From assembly GCA_026023565.1 (NCBI GenBank), contig JAPETS010000012.1:496001-560000 (forward strand): 64,000 nucleotides of DNA. The letters run 5' to 3'. The notes under the pieces were generated by a model that ran no database searches, was not told the DNA's origin, and worked only from the letters and a program-made list of their open reading frames with translations. Position numbers and translations under genes: made by a program. Of this stretch, positions 40,396 to 56,174 are shown in pieces. Within the stretch, counting starts at the first letter, position 1. Every line of letters starts with the position of its first letter. The DNA comes from Cirrosporium novae-zelandiae (lineage: Eukaryota).

Positions 40396-41692
40396 TGTGT
40401 TAGGAATTGTGGGGTATTTTTGGATTGATTTCAGATCCAAGGACTTAGAATGCAAAAAAAAACAGAGAAGAAGCTTAATATAAGAGAAAGATGGAGCCAG
40501 GAGCACACGCTCGAGCTAGGATAGCAGTCGGAAAGATCTTCAGCCGTGGCAATCTATGGATGAGGATTTGCAAGTTGCAACCCACTGATTAGTGATGGCC
40601 CAAACACCGTATAAAGGTCGCCGCTCAGATGTTGCCTCTCGGAGAAGTATTTTGGGGGGGGGAACATGGATTGACTGTCTACGAAATGCCTACGAAAGTT
40701 GACGGTTTAGGAATGTCGGGAAGGCCGAGTTAGGTCGACAGGGCATGAAAAGGATCTCTAGATGGTCTTTGTGACCTCTCTAAATGGCATGATGGAAAAA
40801 AAGATGAACTACCAGAGCTCACCGTGTCGTAAACTACGAAGAACTATGGGAACTACCAGCGGATAAACCAGGGGAGGAGGAGCAAGGGAGCAGGGGAGAC
40901 AGGGGGGACAGGGGGCACAGGGGGCACAGGGGGGCACCTTTTTCACGGGACACGATAATCTTTAGGGCGAAGACAAGCGACAACAAGGCGACAATAAACA
41001 ACTTGAAGAGCTTCAGCTGTCCATTCACGTGGATTTTCCCGACTCTTGGATGAGCCTTGGATAGTACTTGGAGACCCTAAGACAACACTTGGCCTATCTC
41101 ATGGGTAAATGCATGCAGCGATCATCAAGTAGAAGATTTAGAAGGCCGTAACAAAAAAACAACGGTGAGCCCAGGAGGGGAGTTTCATATCTTTGAACCT
41201 TGAGGTGGATACTTTTTTGTATTTTTCTTTCGGTGGTCCTAACCAGAGTAGTTGATAAAGCCGATGAATCAATTTGTTCTCAAGAGAATCATGTAACTGG
41301 CACTAGGAAAGCTCCGTGTTGCCGTCCAGAAAAAGAAGGAAAATCGAAAAACGAAAAAAGCCGATGAGGGTGATGATGACGCGCTGGTCAGGCTAAGCTT
41401 TATTTTCCGCACCCCTTCACCCAACCCATGCAAGTACTTGTAGGACATAATATCTACAACAGCCACAGACAGCCCAGATAAGATGAAGCCACGCTACAAT
41501 AGCAAAACGGTAATGGGAATTTACTCAATCAATGGTGCCACAGACTAGAGGAGGGGGATGATTGGCACAAATTATTGGGGGCGGTGAATTTTATTCATCA
41601 ATGATCCGGAGGTCGGAGACCTAATATGGACTGGCACCACTGGGTCGAGTTTGATAACAAAACAGAAAGTCTTTTCAGCTTCAGCTTGTGAT

Positions 41693-41780
41693 AGAGCGAC
41701 AGAGTGACAGAGTGACAGAGTGACAGAGTGACAGGGTGACAGAGTGACAGGGTGACAGAGTGACGGATTGACAGACTGAC
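41693..41780. repeat. 8-bp tandem repeat (AGAGTGAC and variants, ~11 units)
   Basis: Directly visible. Confidence 0.93.
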
Positions 41781-43707
41781 AGATATCGCTCTCCGGGTAA
41801 CCAAAAGGTATCAATGCATGGGAAAGTTAAAACGATTCGTGGCCTTCAAGATTCCATTAAGAGGAGGGGTCCATGCTTGCTAAGTTTTCAATTATTATTG
41901 TTATTATTATTATTATTAAATATACTGGAGTACAATCCACAGGCGAGCAAGCAAGGAGTTGTACCTTTTTCTTACGAACTCCCGAATCATCTATTTTTTC
42001 CCCCATCAACTTGACGTTGCACCGAATCTCTCTGTAGTATTATCCAAGTACCTTTTTTTTTTGACAGCTCGTGATAATTTCCTCCAGGAGATAGATATAG
42101 GGATCATCTAGGAGTATTCTCCAAAGGACCGAGGTTCCCTTTTAGGATATGGATAGATAATTATGCCGAGGTTGAATTACAGTCACTTCACTTCAATTTA
42201 TTCTCCAGTTTTCATCCCAATAGGCGGTGGAGTGACTGGCATCTTGAAAAAATTATTAGTAGATAACTAGGGACGGCATTTCCAGATGACTGAAACTACT
42301 TTGAACATACTTGATGAAAATATCTCGAGGTACCGAGGCACAAAATGGAAGAAATTATCCAAATACTGCATCATGTCCACATTCTTCTCTTGTTCTTCTT
42401 CTTTATCTTATTTCTTCTTGGTTGTGGTACATATCTACACTACAATCGACAACAGAATTTATATTTTTTGCCAAGAAAAGTAGAGTATGCAAGAATATGC
42501 GAGAGGACCCTCTCATGCCTCTCATGCCTCTTATGCCTCTCATGCCTCGAATGTCTCGAATGGCTCCCTTTCTCCTTCAACTTCTTTTTTTCCTCTTTCT
42601 TGGCAAATACAAAAAAGTCAAAAGAGTCCGAATTCCGGCTTGGGCTTTTAGTCAATTTTTCTTATTTTCCTTCGTAATTTTCTTACTTTTGCTTATTCTT
42701 TCCCTTTAACACCAACCAACCACCCACCTGGTCAACTTTGATTTCATTCCACAAAAGCACAAATAGATAATAATCTCTCCATCATCCATCATCCATCATC
42801 CCATTTATTTGACACTTCAGGAGTTTGCTGAGTTGTCTAGGTTATTCATGCCCCCGAAACCCCAACCAAACCCCAACCTCAACCCCAACCCCAACCCCTA
42901 ACAGTCCTTCCACCTCTCCCTCCCCCCCTCCCCCCCCACACACTCGCCTCTCCCGTATTGCCTCCTCTCAAAACTCTTAATTGAGCTCAGCGGCGAAAGT
43001 TTCTTAATGATCAGCTAAAACTTCATTGGGTCTATGGTCCCCCCCCCGTCCCCATGGTCCCGCAACGCTTCCCATGTACCTAAAAACAATAGTGTTGAAC
43101 TATGTTAAACTCTGTTGACCTGGTGAACTGATTTTGTTGGTAGATGTATCTATCTAGACTTTGCTCACTGTGTCTAAATTGGACAGGGTGCATTAACAAA
43201 ATGGATTCATGTATCACGTAGTTTGATCGTTATAAATGACTTGTTTTTTTTTTATTAGAATGAATTGGATATCGAACCCCCACGATCTTAAGCCACAATG
43301 ACTAGTTATTAGATCTCCCTCTGACGTTCTCTGGGGGAAGTTGGTCCCCCCGTGGGACTATGGTTCATCTCCAGGAAAACTGTATTACAAGGGCTCTGTG
43401 CGCCTCGATCACCTTTACCCCCAACTTAATCGAACGTCTAACTGAAGATCTTCCAGTCTTAGTTAACATGATCCTTCCCTCGACCTTTTCTTTCGAATGA
43501 AACTGCTGTTGGATGGGTCATTATCACCTTTTCTTCTCGCTTCTTTCCCCTGTGTGGTGAAAGCCTCTCTCTTTGGCTTTACGCAGGGCAAACCACCACT
43601 ACGCTTTTTCGTCTTCAGGGTTCATGTTCCCATATCATTGCATACCATATCACCACCACCATCATCATTCATCAACAATAACATGACTTTTATTTATATA
43701 CCCAAGA

Positions 43708-45827
43708 TGGCTGATCCCATCATGGAATCATCGCCACGCTACCCACGGGGCTTACATATGAACAATGAAGACCGACCTCATGCCACAGCCGATACACCCG
43801 CTGCTATAGTCCCTCCTGCAGGTCAGATTGTTGGACTGATCTTGACCATAGCCACAACCATAACATTATCTATTTTTCTCAGTTTGTGAAATCCAATGCT
43901 TCCAGGATAGGATTCTTATGTTGACCTGGAGCTGCAAAACAGCTCGCCGCATATCCAAAATTCGAAAATGGAAACAGCTACCTCTAACATGCTGGTGTAG
44001 GTCATTGTTTTTCTATGGCCCTTGTTTACGCCTGTACTGACTTGACAGTGACTCTGGTCATCTACATCGACTCCCTGATGTTTGTCAGCATATCTGCAAT
44101 CTTAACCAAAGGCATGAATATCAACGGCTCCCCGGGTATCTGTGATGGTGCTATTCTTCTATGTAATTTCATCTTTCTCTCTGGTCCTATCGTTGTGGGT
44201 AGCTGACTATAAGGCTAGGCTTGGTCTGTTATATGTCAACTAAAGTAAGCCATTGGATTTTCTTTCTGGTAACCATCTGGAAGAACGGGATCACTAATTG
44301 ACTCTCAGGTGGTACGCTCCTGGAATCTAGAATCTTTACTTGCAACCATATAGGTATAGGTATGCTTAGACATTACGTGTAGGTTATTTATTACTTCCTT
44401 GTTGAGAGAGCGGTATTTCACTCCCACCCCATCTGCTTTCGTTCGCTGACAGAATATAGCACATTGTGCATTCGACCCAAATACCCCGATTCAAAGATAA
44501 GCTCTACATATTCAATTTCTTCGTAATTATATGTGAGTTTAACTGTTGGATTGGTTGGTTGTGTGCAGAAAATGCCCTAACTTGAGCACAGGTCCGTTCT
44601 GGGTGGTCATCGTGCTGAACTTTGTCTTGTAAGTATCTGTGGGGGCGGTAAAAAAGATTTTGGTGTCTTATGTTTCCACAGCCGAATCGCCTTTATTGAT
44701 AATGAGGGAGTGTGCATCATTGGCATGGAGCGGCCGGTGATAATACCGCTGATTGTGTATGATGTTGGGGTCAACGTAAGAAACTCCTCTCATAGCACAT
44801 TTGGGTCTGGCTAGCTACTAATCTCGACAGTCATATCTCACCATACTATTTCTCATCCCACTCACACGTGAGTGCAAACCTAAACCCTTTCCTTTGCAGC
44901 CAGCGCTCAAAACGCGCCTACGAGCATGGAAATTGCCCCTAAGATGCTCGCTCAATCAATCATCCAAAACTAACAAAATCTCAACACAGATATGTACTCG
45001 TTCAGGGCAAACACAACAAACGTAACACCTGCAATCCGCACAGTTGCGGTACGAACATTCTTCGGAAGTTGTGGATCGCTCCTTTCAAGCATAGTGTACG
45101 GTCTCCTGACTCTAGTTCGAGATCTTTGATCGCCACCACAGCCAAGCTAACATTAACACCCGGCAGAAACCTTGTTCTATTAACTTTATTTAATGGAGAG
45201 CCTGGCTGGGTCTGCTTAATGTCTTGTAATGCTGATGGTAAGCGAGTCCAGTTACGAACCCCACCCCTTTCGCAAACAGCTTATTAACCAATACCCATTG
45301 TTCCAATTTCACCAACAGTCCTCTTCAGCGCCGTCGTCATACACTGGGTAACAACCGTCGACAACGCCAGCGGCCAGACCAACTGTTCGGACCCCACCCT
45401 AGCCGAATCAGCCGGCGTCCGAACAATCGGCGGCGGTGGCGGGGGGCCCAATGACCCCGAGAGTAATGGAGGCAAAGGAAGCATCGCCCCCAACGGCTCC
45501 GCCGATAATCTCGAAGCCGCCTCGTCCACCGACCTCCCAACCTGGAACAAAGGAAATATGGATGGCCAGGTCACTACCACCATAGTCGCAAACCCGCAGC
45601 CGCATTCGAAATCCAGATTTTTTAATCCTATGAGGAAGTCTAAGATTCATGTGCATATGGAGACGACACAGCGGGCAGTTGAGATGAAGGATTTTCGTTT
45701 TCAGCAGCAATGGCAACAGCAACAGCAACAGCAGCAGGAAGAGGGGTTGGGTCGGGAGAGTTCACATGAGTCTGAGTCATCGATGTCGGAGGAAAGGAGC
45801 GCTGTGGATGCGAGTGAGCAGTGTTGA
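43708..45827 (+). CDS. Fungal 7-transmembrane (GPCR-like) protein, 13 exons
   Basis: Manual splicing through 12 GT-AG introns gives one open frame with about 7 hydrophobic segments: CDGAILLCLVCYMSTKVVIYYFLVERAHIV, GVCIIGMER, YDVGVNSYLTILFLIPL, GEPGWVCLMSCNADVLFSAVVIHWVT, then a Gly/Gln-rich tail. Alternative in-frame starts at 43497 and 43684. Confidence 0.85.
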
Positions 45828-47937
45828 TGTTGGATTTGTGGCGACATTACAACAACGGAATTTTGAATTCACCCATCCGCCCCTCGACATTTAATCTCCA
45901 GCCCCCCTCCCCCCCAACGAGAGAATCATCTCCCAAGGACTAAAGATACCCCTCCCCTCTCCTCCTCCAACCACGAATGTATATGAAATACGAATACAAC
46001 AATGTGTGAATGTATGAATATGTACGGTGTATGTGTACGTGTACGTGTATGCAGCAGAAGCGAATTCCCCCAGCGAAATCAAGTCAAACAGAGAAAGAAA
46101 GAAATATACACAAGCGATTTTTTTTGAAAGCATTGGAGTTTATGTTTTTGGGGTAGGATACTTATTGCTACTTTTTCTTACAACCTTTTTTCTCCTTTTG
46201 TTACTTTTTTTTTCTTTGTGGGGTTGGGTTGGTTGGTTGGTTGATGGGATAGCGAGAGAGAGGGGAAGGTTACCAACCTCCCTATTATTATTTTTTACGA
46301 CTATTATTATTAGAAAGGGCAGAAGGGAAGACGGAAGTCGGACGATAAGGAGATAAGAACCGAATATGGATCGGGGGGGGGGGGGGGGGGGGGTATGGGT
46401 TTCCAGCTTCATCCAGGAGTTTTTTTTCTTTTTCTTACTTCATTTCTTCATAATATCTATTATTGGATTTATATATACACATTTATATAGGGCCCATTTC
46501 TTTTAGGAAAGGGAAAGTAGGGCGGGGGGGGGAGTTTAGGATTTTCTCTTTTTTTTTTTTCGCTTTTAGGGAATTTATCTAGGGAATAAGAAATGGAAAG
46601 TGAAAATGGAATATCTACATCTATATTATATTCAAGTTAACGTAATTGTATCGTATATAAATCTCGACCTAGGGTTTAGATTTTAACTAAGTCAACGACC
46701 GACCCACCCATCATCAAAAAGCTATTTCCTACATTATTTTAATTAGTTGCAAGCTTCAGTCTGGACCTCAATCACCAACTTCACCAGTCAGAAAGTCCAG
46801 CCCAGTCCAGTCCAGTCCAGTCTAGTCTAGACCCTCAAGTTCAAAAAAAAAAGAAACTCAAAACCAGAAGCTCTGGTTAGTTAGTTAATTGCAAGCTCAA
46901 TCAATCACCACTTCGATATCAAACTTCAAATCAGGACTTCAAATCAGGACCCCTTGGTTGCAAAGCTCATCAATCAACCACCCTTCTCAATAACAAACCT
47001 CATTCGATATAGATGTATACGCTTCCTCAATCCCTTAATCACAGCCCACACACACACAACTTCACCCAGGTTTGAAATGGTGGAATTGATTGGAGATTTT
47101 TGATGCGAAGCTTCAATAAAAAATATTTATATCAAAGCCTTCAGTTAGAAGTTCAAGTCAGAAGTCCAAGTTAGGAGGAGGACCTCACTCACTTACTTAC
47201 TACTCTAGTTACCAACCCCCCTCACAACAACAACAAAAAAAAAATCCCCACTCACTCAACCAAATCCACGTCTCCTCCTCAATCACCTCAATTACCTACC
47301 CATCGCAACCTCCCTCAAATCCCCTAAAGACCCCCCCCCCCCCCCCCCTCATCACAATGTAAAACAAAAACGAACAAGCAAACTCTTAACACCAGTAACA
47401 AGCAACCCGGTAACAAAAATTTTAATCGGCTTTACATTGCTTCACGTTGTATAAAATATTTATGATTTTGTAATTAAAATGGGTTGATGTAAGAAGGAAT
47501 TTTTGGAAAGGGGAAAAGGAGAGAAAGGGAAGGGAAGGGAAAGGAGGGGGTTGGTTAAGTTTAGGTTCTATATGTAATTTGCGTTTGGGTTTTTTGGGGG
47601 GTTGGGGAGGAGGAGGAGGAGGAGAAGGGAGGAGAGGTTATTCGTTCCTTGAGGTTGGGACCGGTAACAGGGGAAGTTGTGGGTTGTGGATTGTGTGGAC
47701 CTTTTTTTTTTTTTTTTCGCTGGTCATGAGTATTTTTTTTGTTCGTTTGTTTGAGGGTCTAGTTAAATATCGTGATTAGGTAATAAGGTAGGTAGGAAGA
47801 GGTATTTTTTGCTTGCGCTTTTTCTTTTGCTTTCTTTCTATGCGTGTGGGTTTAGGTGTATTCGTGTCCAATATAGATGGAAACCAGATATCTCACCTCA
47901 CCTTTGAAGACTTTCATCCCCTAAGATCCAACCCCCC

Positions 47938-50111
<2,174 letters not shown>

Positions 50112-50646
50112 GATGTTAACAGAGGACACATTTGGATAAACCAGATGAGTGTAGGAATTGAGGGGTCATGTTTCATTTTCAAGGCGTTGATGAGTTTAAA
50201 GAAACCCCACCTTTGATTGTACTGCCTGTACTGTCTCTGGGCCGTGAGAGGACCTTTTTTGGCTTATCTAAAGAGACGGCAATAAATCAATGGCCGATGT
50301 TTGTTTGGTCCCTTGGATTAACTATCCTCCGGCAGATGCACATGGTATTATTAGAGAAAAGAAAAGAGGAAAAGAATGCGAGAAGGATTTAATAATAATT
50401 TATGAGTTATCGTATGATAGAATATAAACTATTTAATTACCTATTTATCTATTTACCTACCTAAACGGGCTGAAGGATTCATTGTCTCGTATCCCTATTG
50501 CCTATTTGTATAAGTACTGTAAAGTCAAGTGTCAGTACTCGGCTAAAGGTGGGCCGAGAGTCGGGTGGCACGGGTGGGTTGTTTTGGCGCCTTGGGGGCT
50601 TTTTGTTCTTTTTGTTCTTTTTGTTGGGGTCCTTGGGGCTTTTAAG

Positions 50647-50702
50647 GCCTTGGAGCCTTGAAGCCTTGGAGCCTTGGAGCCTGGGAGCCTGGGAGCTTGG
50701 AG
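50647..50702. repeat. 8-bp degenerate tandem repeat (GCCTTGGA, ~7 units)
   Basis: Directly visible in the divergent intergenic region. Confidence 0.8.
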
Positions 50703-51360
50703 AGGGTAAGCTTATTGGATTAGGCGTCAACCCTATCGCCAACTACACTCGACTATCGACCTCATCATTAAAACTATGACAGACCTTGACAGGCCCAGAA
50801 TTGGCTACCTTGTTTAACTAATGCAGGTACTAAGCCACTCTTCTTTACTCCATTCGGCATAAAAATGTCCAATTTGAAACTGAGCCGCCCTTGTGTCTGA
50901 GATTAACACGGATTAAACCTCCATCCATAATTCCATAGGATCATTTACTCCTTTTTTCTTAACCAAGTAAAGCCAAGCCGATCGTCTCCCTCGCCTTAAC
51001 TGGTCCGAAGGTTAGCAGAGAGGTGGTAATTTCCAGTAGCTCCCTGGCAAAGGTGATCAGGTTGATGATTGATGCCTCAATTGACCGCGGTTGTTACACC
51101 GTCATCCTGGACAGTAAAGTCACGACCATTCCCCCCCCAGAGTCTCAAGTCTCTCTCTTCCTCTCATTATTCCCAATTATCTCTATCCTGCACTGTCTTT
51201 TGCGAAACGCAATCCACAATCTTTGATCCCCCCAACAACCTCGTGCGTTATTGCACAGTACACTCTTTATTCTTGTTGTTGTAGTCTTTGCAACTCGTGC
51301 TGTGTCTGGTCTACACAAGCACTTTACCACTCCTTCAGTCAATCATTCCAAGTCATTATC

Positions 51361-52522
51361 ATGGCATACAAATCCCTCCTTTTCTTGGGGCTCATCTCCG
51401 CTGCCGCCGCACAAACATGGTCATCATGTAATCCCATGAACGAGACTGATTGTCCCAATGATACCGCCTTGGGCATGAACTATACCTTCAATTTCGTCAC
51501 TACCACTGGAGAAGATGTCTGGAACACCACTGCCGGCACCATTGACTTTGGATCTACCGGTGCTGAGTTCACAATCAATCAGAAAGGTGACTCGCCCACC
51601 ATTCAATCCGAGTTTTATATCTTCGGGGGCAAGGTCGAAGTCAACATGAAGGCCGCTCCAGGCCAGGGTATTATTAGCAGTATCGTCTTGGAATCTGATG
51701 ATCTAGATGAAGTTGATTGGGAATTTATCGGCGGGAACCACACCACTGTTGAAACCAACTACTTTGGAAAAGGAAACACCACCTCTTATGATCGTGCAAT
51801 CTACTACGATGTTGATGAACCACAAAGCAAATTCCATAACTATACCGTCGACTGGACTCAGGAAGCCATCAAATGGATAATCGACGGCACCACTGTTCGT
51901 ACCCTCAAATACGCCGACGCGAATAATGGAAACAACTTTCCTCAAACACCAATGAACATTCGTCTTGGAATTTGGGCAGGTGGAGATTCAGATAACTCCA
52001 ATGGTACCATTGAGTGGGCTGGTGGTTTGACTAGTTATGACGATTCCTATACAATGTACGTCAAGAGCTGTAAAGTTTGGGATTACTCAACCGGTAAAGC
52101 CTACAAATTTGGGGACAAAACCGGTAGCTGGGACAGCATCGAAATCATAAGGTCGGTTTTATTCTCCCTATAAACTTTGAAAAAAAAACGTGGGACGTCT
52201 AACATGTACTTGTAGTGGAAACTCAACCGTCAAAGAAGAACTGACAGGCTCCGTCACCAAAACTGTAAAGAAAACATGGCATTCTCTTTCCAAAAACACC
52301 CGAATCGCCATCGGCTGCTCTGCGGCTGGTGGTGCGGCTCTCCTGATGGCGCTCTTTGCATTCTGTTGCATCAAGCAAAGACGTGCCGGCCGAAAAGAAG
52401 CCGCTCTTCACGACGCTGAGATGGAGAAGGGTGCCGCCGAGCTAATGGAATATCGGTCAAGGATGGCAAACGGTGGATATGCAATGGTTGGAGGACAGCA
52501 GTCTTCCAGATTTTCGAGATAA
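51361..52522 (+). CDS. GH16 Crh-family chitin-glucan transglycosylase with C-terminal transmembrane segment
   Basis: Signal peptide, QTWSSCNP, SDDLDEVDWE catalytic motif, FHNYTVDWT, PQTPMNIRLGIWAGG. One intron ~52152-52216; TM segment followed by FCCIKQRRAGR. Confidence 0.94.
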
Positions 52523-53632
52523 GAGGTGACTGCCGACAGCCTTCTTTAGTTGTCGTTTTTATGTGAATATCTTATCTCGGGAAGGCCCGGCGTCTTGGAT
52601 ACAGCAAAAAAAGGTTATGGGCATAATTTTGTCATCTACGTCACCTTGAAGCGCCGAATATGCCTTTTGGACTTTTGCCGTTGGAAAACATACTACTGAG
52701 CTGTATTGAGATCGATTTATCTTTCGGTCTGCATATCAACCCAGCAGCAATATTACCCAGCAACAGTCGAATCATCCCACCAAAATTGGATAACTTCTCT
52801 CCTTTCCATGTGTACTTTATTTGCTGCAGATGGATGATGTGACGCTGGTTTACACGAAATGATTGTGCCTTTTGGTTTTTCTCTTCACTTTCTTCGGAGC
52901 TTTTTTTATACCCCTAGTATGCATCAATCAAATTGATTGACAGTGTGAGCGATGTGATGTGGCTGCCAAGCTAGCCATTGACCTCGTGGCTACTTGACAT
53001 GGTTCACGGCAAGGAAATGGTCTTCAATGGTGTGGAAGGTGGGAATCGTTTTAAATGGTGGAGCTTATTGGAATTACAGAAGAATAGGAACGGGGAAATT
53101 TTAGTGGTCTCTCTAGACTCTGTCTCTGTAGTCACTCGTCCCAATACTAGACATGATTTATTTTTGACATTTCACTAAGCAAAACAGTTCTTCATACCAA
53201 TTAACGTCTAGCGACCACTCAATTAACAAGCAGCCAAGCACAAATATCTAGCCAACGGACGGGTTTTGATATGTATATATGTATAGGCTGTCGGACTCCA
53301 GGATCAGCAGAGCCCGTTATTCCGCCAGGTCAGGAAGATTATTGGTAGCGGGGAGATCGGGAAGGTCCTAAGTAGCACCGTGCTCGGGTTTTCTCAGTCC
53401 ACGGGCGGGGGTCGAGACTAAGAGGACAGCGTTCTCTACGGATATTAGGTGCGGCGATATGTCGGTTGCTTTTGGCCACTGAGTTTTCTCGCTCTTCTTT
53501 TTATTAACCCATATCCATCTCAAAGAATCCGTCCGTTTTAGAGTGGTCATGGGGAAAATGCATTCTACTAGTGGGAAGTTTTTTTTTTTTACAAAAAGTT
53601 AAAACGTACGATCAGCAATCAACACCATCCAG

Positions 53633-54110
53633 ATGTGCCTAGGCGAGCTCAAGACCTTCACCACATCTCTCCTCGTGAACCAACGCCCCACATCAGACAT
53701 CATCGACGGCCCCAGCAACATCACGAGAACCCATCCTCAAAACGGCAAACGATCAGCTTCTCCTCCACGGGACGTTCGAGTCCGGAGCCGTGCTCTTCTA
53801 TCACCTCCACGGCAAGGACCCCTTCCCGCACCACGACTAGCGGGTCTACAGCGAAAAGGGTGAGATCCGCATCACCGTCCACAGCTTCCACCTACAGCTA
53901 GAGCCGGAGAGGGTGAGAAGATCGAGGTTGCGGTTAAGGGGGCTCGACGGGGTTGGTGGTGGAGGTGGTACAGTACCGATCCCCGAGGACGAGTGGACCA
54001 GGTCTGGGTTGGTGCTGATGAAGAGGAACGTGGCTAGGTCTTATGAAATGTTTCGGGAGAGGGGGGGGGGGCATATGTAGGATTTGAGAGGGCGCTTAGG
54101 AGATTGACAC
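53633..54110 (+). pseudogene. 5'-truncated, frameshifted Gfo/Idh/MocA (Gal80-like) oxidoreductase remnant
   Basis: Fragments in shifting frames: LGELKTFTTSLLVNQRPTSDIID / KTANDQLLLHGTFESGAVLFYHLHGKDPFPHHD*RVYSEKGEIRIT / VPIPEDEW...RNVARSYEMF. These match the C-terminal half of fungal Gal80-like oxidoreductases from memory; no Rossmann N-terminus lies upstream. Confidence 0.7.
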
Positions 54111-54449
54111 TGACGAGACTAGGGCTAGGGTTATGCGTTCTTGAGGCCCCGCAAGATGGAAGAAACAGGGTGCATATCATAGGAAACGAAAGCGAGCAAT
54201 GACTAGTTAGGTTGCATCAGGAGTACGGAAAAATCACGATGAGTTTGGACATGGTAGTATTAGCTATCTCAGGCATTGGGGTACATGAATAATTGAAAGA
54301 TACAAACCGCAAAAGCAATTCGTTAATCTATATTAGGGAAGCCTCTAGATAAAAGAGCAACAGCGCAAATGCCTTTTAAGCTCCCCCCAAAATCATAAAT
54401 GAGCCGTTGGGTCATAGCCCACCAATCTCTTGAAACCTTCTGCCCTTGA

Positions 54450-55319
54450 TTACCTAGGTAGGTCGGTGGGAGGTACATATTCATCCTCGAAGGCTTGTAA
54501 TGCCTGAAGTGCGGCCTCATCATCTTCTGTGTAATCAGCATCCCAGCCACGCCGAACCACGACGAGGACTTCTCTCTCTCTGAGTTTCTCAGGAACAGCG
54601 CCAGGCTGAGGACCTGTCTGGTTGAACACTTCCCTCGTCTCGGGATTTGCAGTCATACCAATTTCATCAGTATTCCCAATATAAATCTTGACAAAGGCGC
54701 CCGACCCGTCGCCATCTCTCTCCTTGATCATCCGATTCCACGACGCAGGCTGGGGTTCCCTTATTTCAATTTCACTTGGCTGCTAGCTCAAAAATGAGAG
54801 ATTATTGACAATATAATGGAATACCTTCCAGCCTTTTCCAACCATAATCTGATTTTCAATCTCCCAATAGATCAGCTGATTATATATCCTACTCGTGTCA
54901 GTGAAACGGTAGTGAAAAGGATCGTAAACGGTAAAGCGATTGAGTTGGAGACTCGAGCTGACTGCAAGCGCGGTGGTGGTGCCAGGTAATCCATATCCAT
55001 AGTTCCCTAAATAAGTAGAAAAAAGGTTGCCACGCGTCTGGAGATAGCGGAGCTGAGGTACTTTTTCAAGACCTATGGTACCTAGAGAGTCCATCATGTG
55101 GAGGGTGCTGCAACAATTGATGGTTATATTGCGAAGAAAAAGAGGAGAGGCCTCTCGGTGGATCAGACGGCATGTTTGAAGTATGGCAAATGGCCAAAAT
55201 AAATTGCCACCTCCAGAAAAACGAAGAGTTATAATCATGGGTTGGAAGAGGGCCTCGTAGATGAGAAGACGTAACTCCGCTGGAATACTGAGAAAAGTTG
55301 GGAGGGATACTAATGGCAT
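54450..55319 (-). pseudogene. F-box-like fungal hypothetical protein interrupted by one in-frame TAG
   Basis: FLSIPAELRLLIYE and ILQTCRLIHREA motifs. The 54783-55346 and 54450-54731 ORFs are in the same frame, joined by *QPSEIEIREPQPASWNR, and I found no convincing intron around the stop at 54783-54785. Confidence 0.7.
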
Positions 55320-55380
55320 TGTTGGGGGATTGAGTTGGAAGTCCAAGTAAAAAATGACTTGAGAGAAAGATATTTGGGGA

Positions 55381-55446
55381 GTGACAGTGACAGTGGTAGT
55401 GGCAGTGGTAGTGGCAGTGGCAGTGGTAGTGGCAGTGGTAGTGGTA
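55381..55446. repeat. Hexamer tandem repeat (GTGGTA/GTGGCA/GTGACA x11)
   Basis: Directly visible. Confidence 0.9.
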
Positions 55447-56174
55447 GGAAAACTTGGTGGTTTTAAACAGGAATCAAAAAAGTAAAAGGCATTTGGTTAA
55501 GGAAGGAAAGGCCTTCTTCCAAGTGCTTGTGATGGACGACTTCCCAAGTACAGTCTATATTTTAGACGGTTTTGATATATAAATTTGTCTAAACGCTCTT
55601 TGATTGGTGACTGTATGAGTCGGCCTCTTTTCACCGACTAGAGGATTTAAAGCGAATTAATGCCACTAATAAATAATAGTCTCATGAATTGTTCCCACAA
55701 ATTCCACAATTCTTCAGTCCAAGGCTCATGTTCAAAAACTGCCAATGGTCCAAGCACGAAAACCATTGCAGCAAAGTCCCGACTGCGGTTGCAACCGTTG
55801 GCAAACAGCTACTACATCGTCCTATGTATACATACGAATCTCCTATAACATCTACAAGGTTATTGGATGCATCTCCGGATCTTTTCAAAAATGGTAAACG
55901 ATGACTTCGGCTGGTCGACCAAGTAATGCCACTCTCTCCAACCAAAAAACTCCACCATGTCAACCTTGGCATGGTCGCCGCGGGGTTGTTTTGATAAAGT
56001 ACCCTTTAGATCATCCTCCCACCTTTTCGGATTTTGTCATTAACAAACTATCTTGGAAACTTTTATCTTATATGTCGTTGCATATACAATCCTTTCCTGC
56101 CTTTGAATAGTCGTTATTGATTGCTCGTACATTGTTGTTTTCGTCTCGTTCGTATACTTCAATTGTATTGAAGA

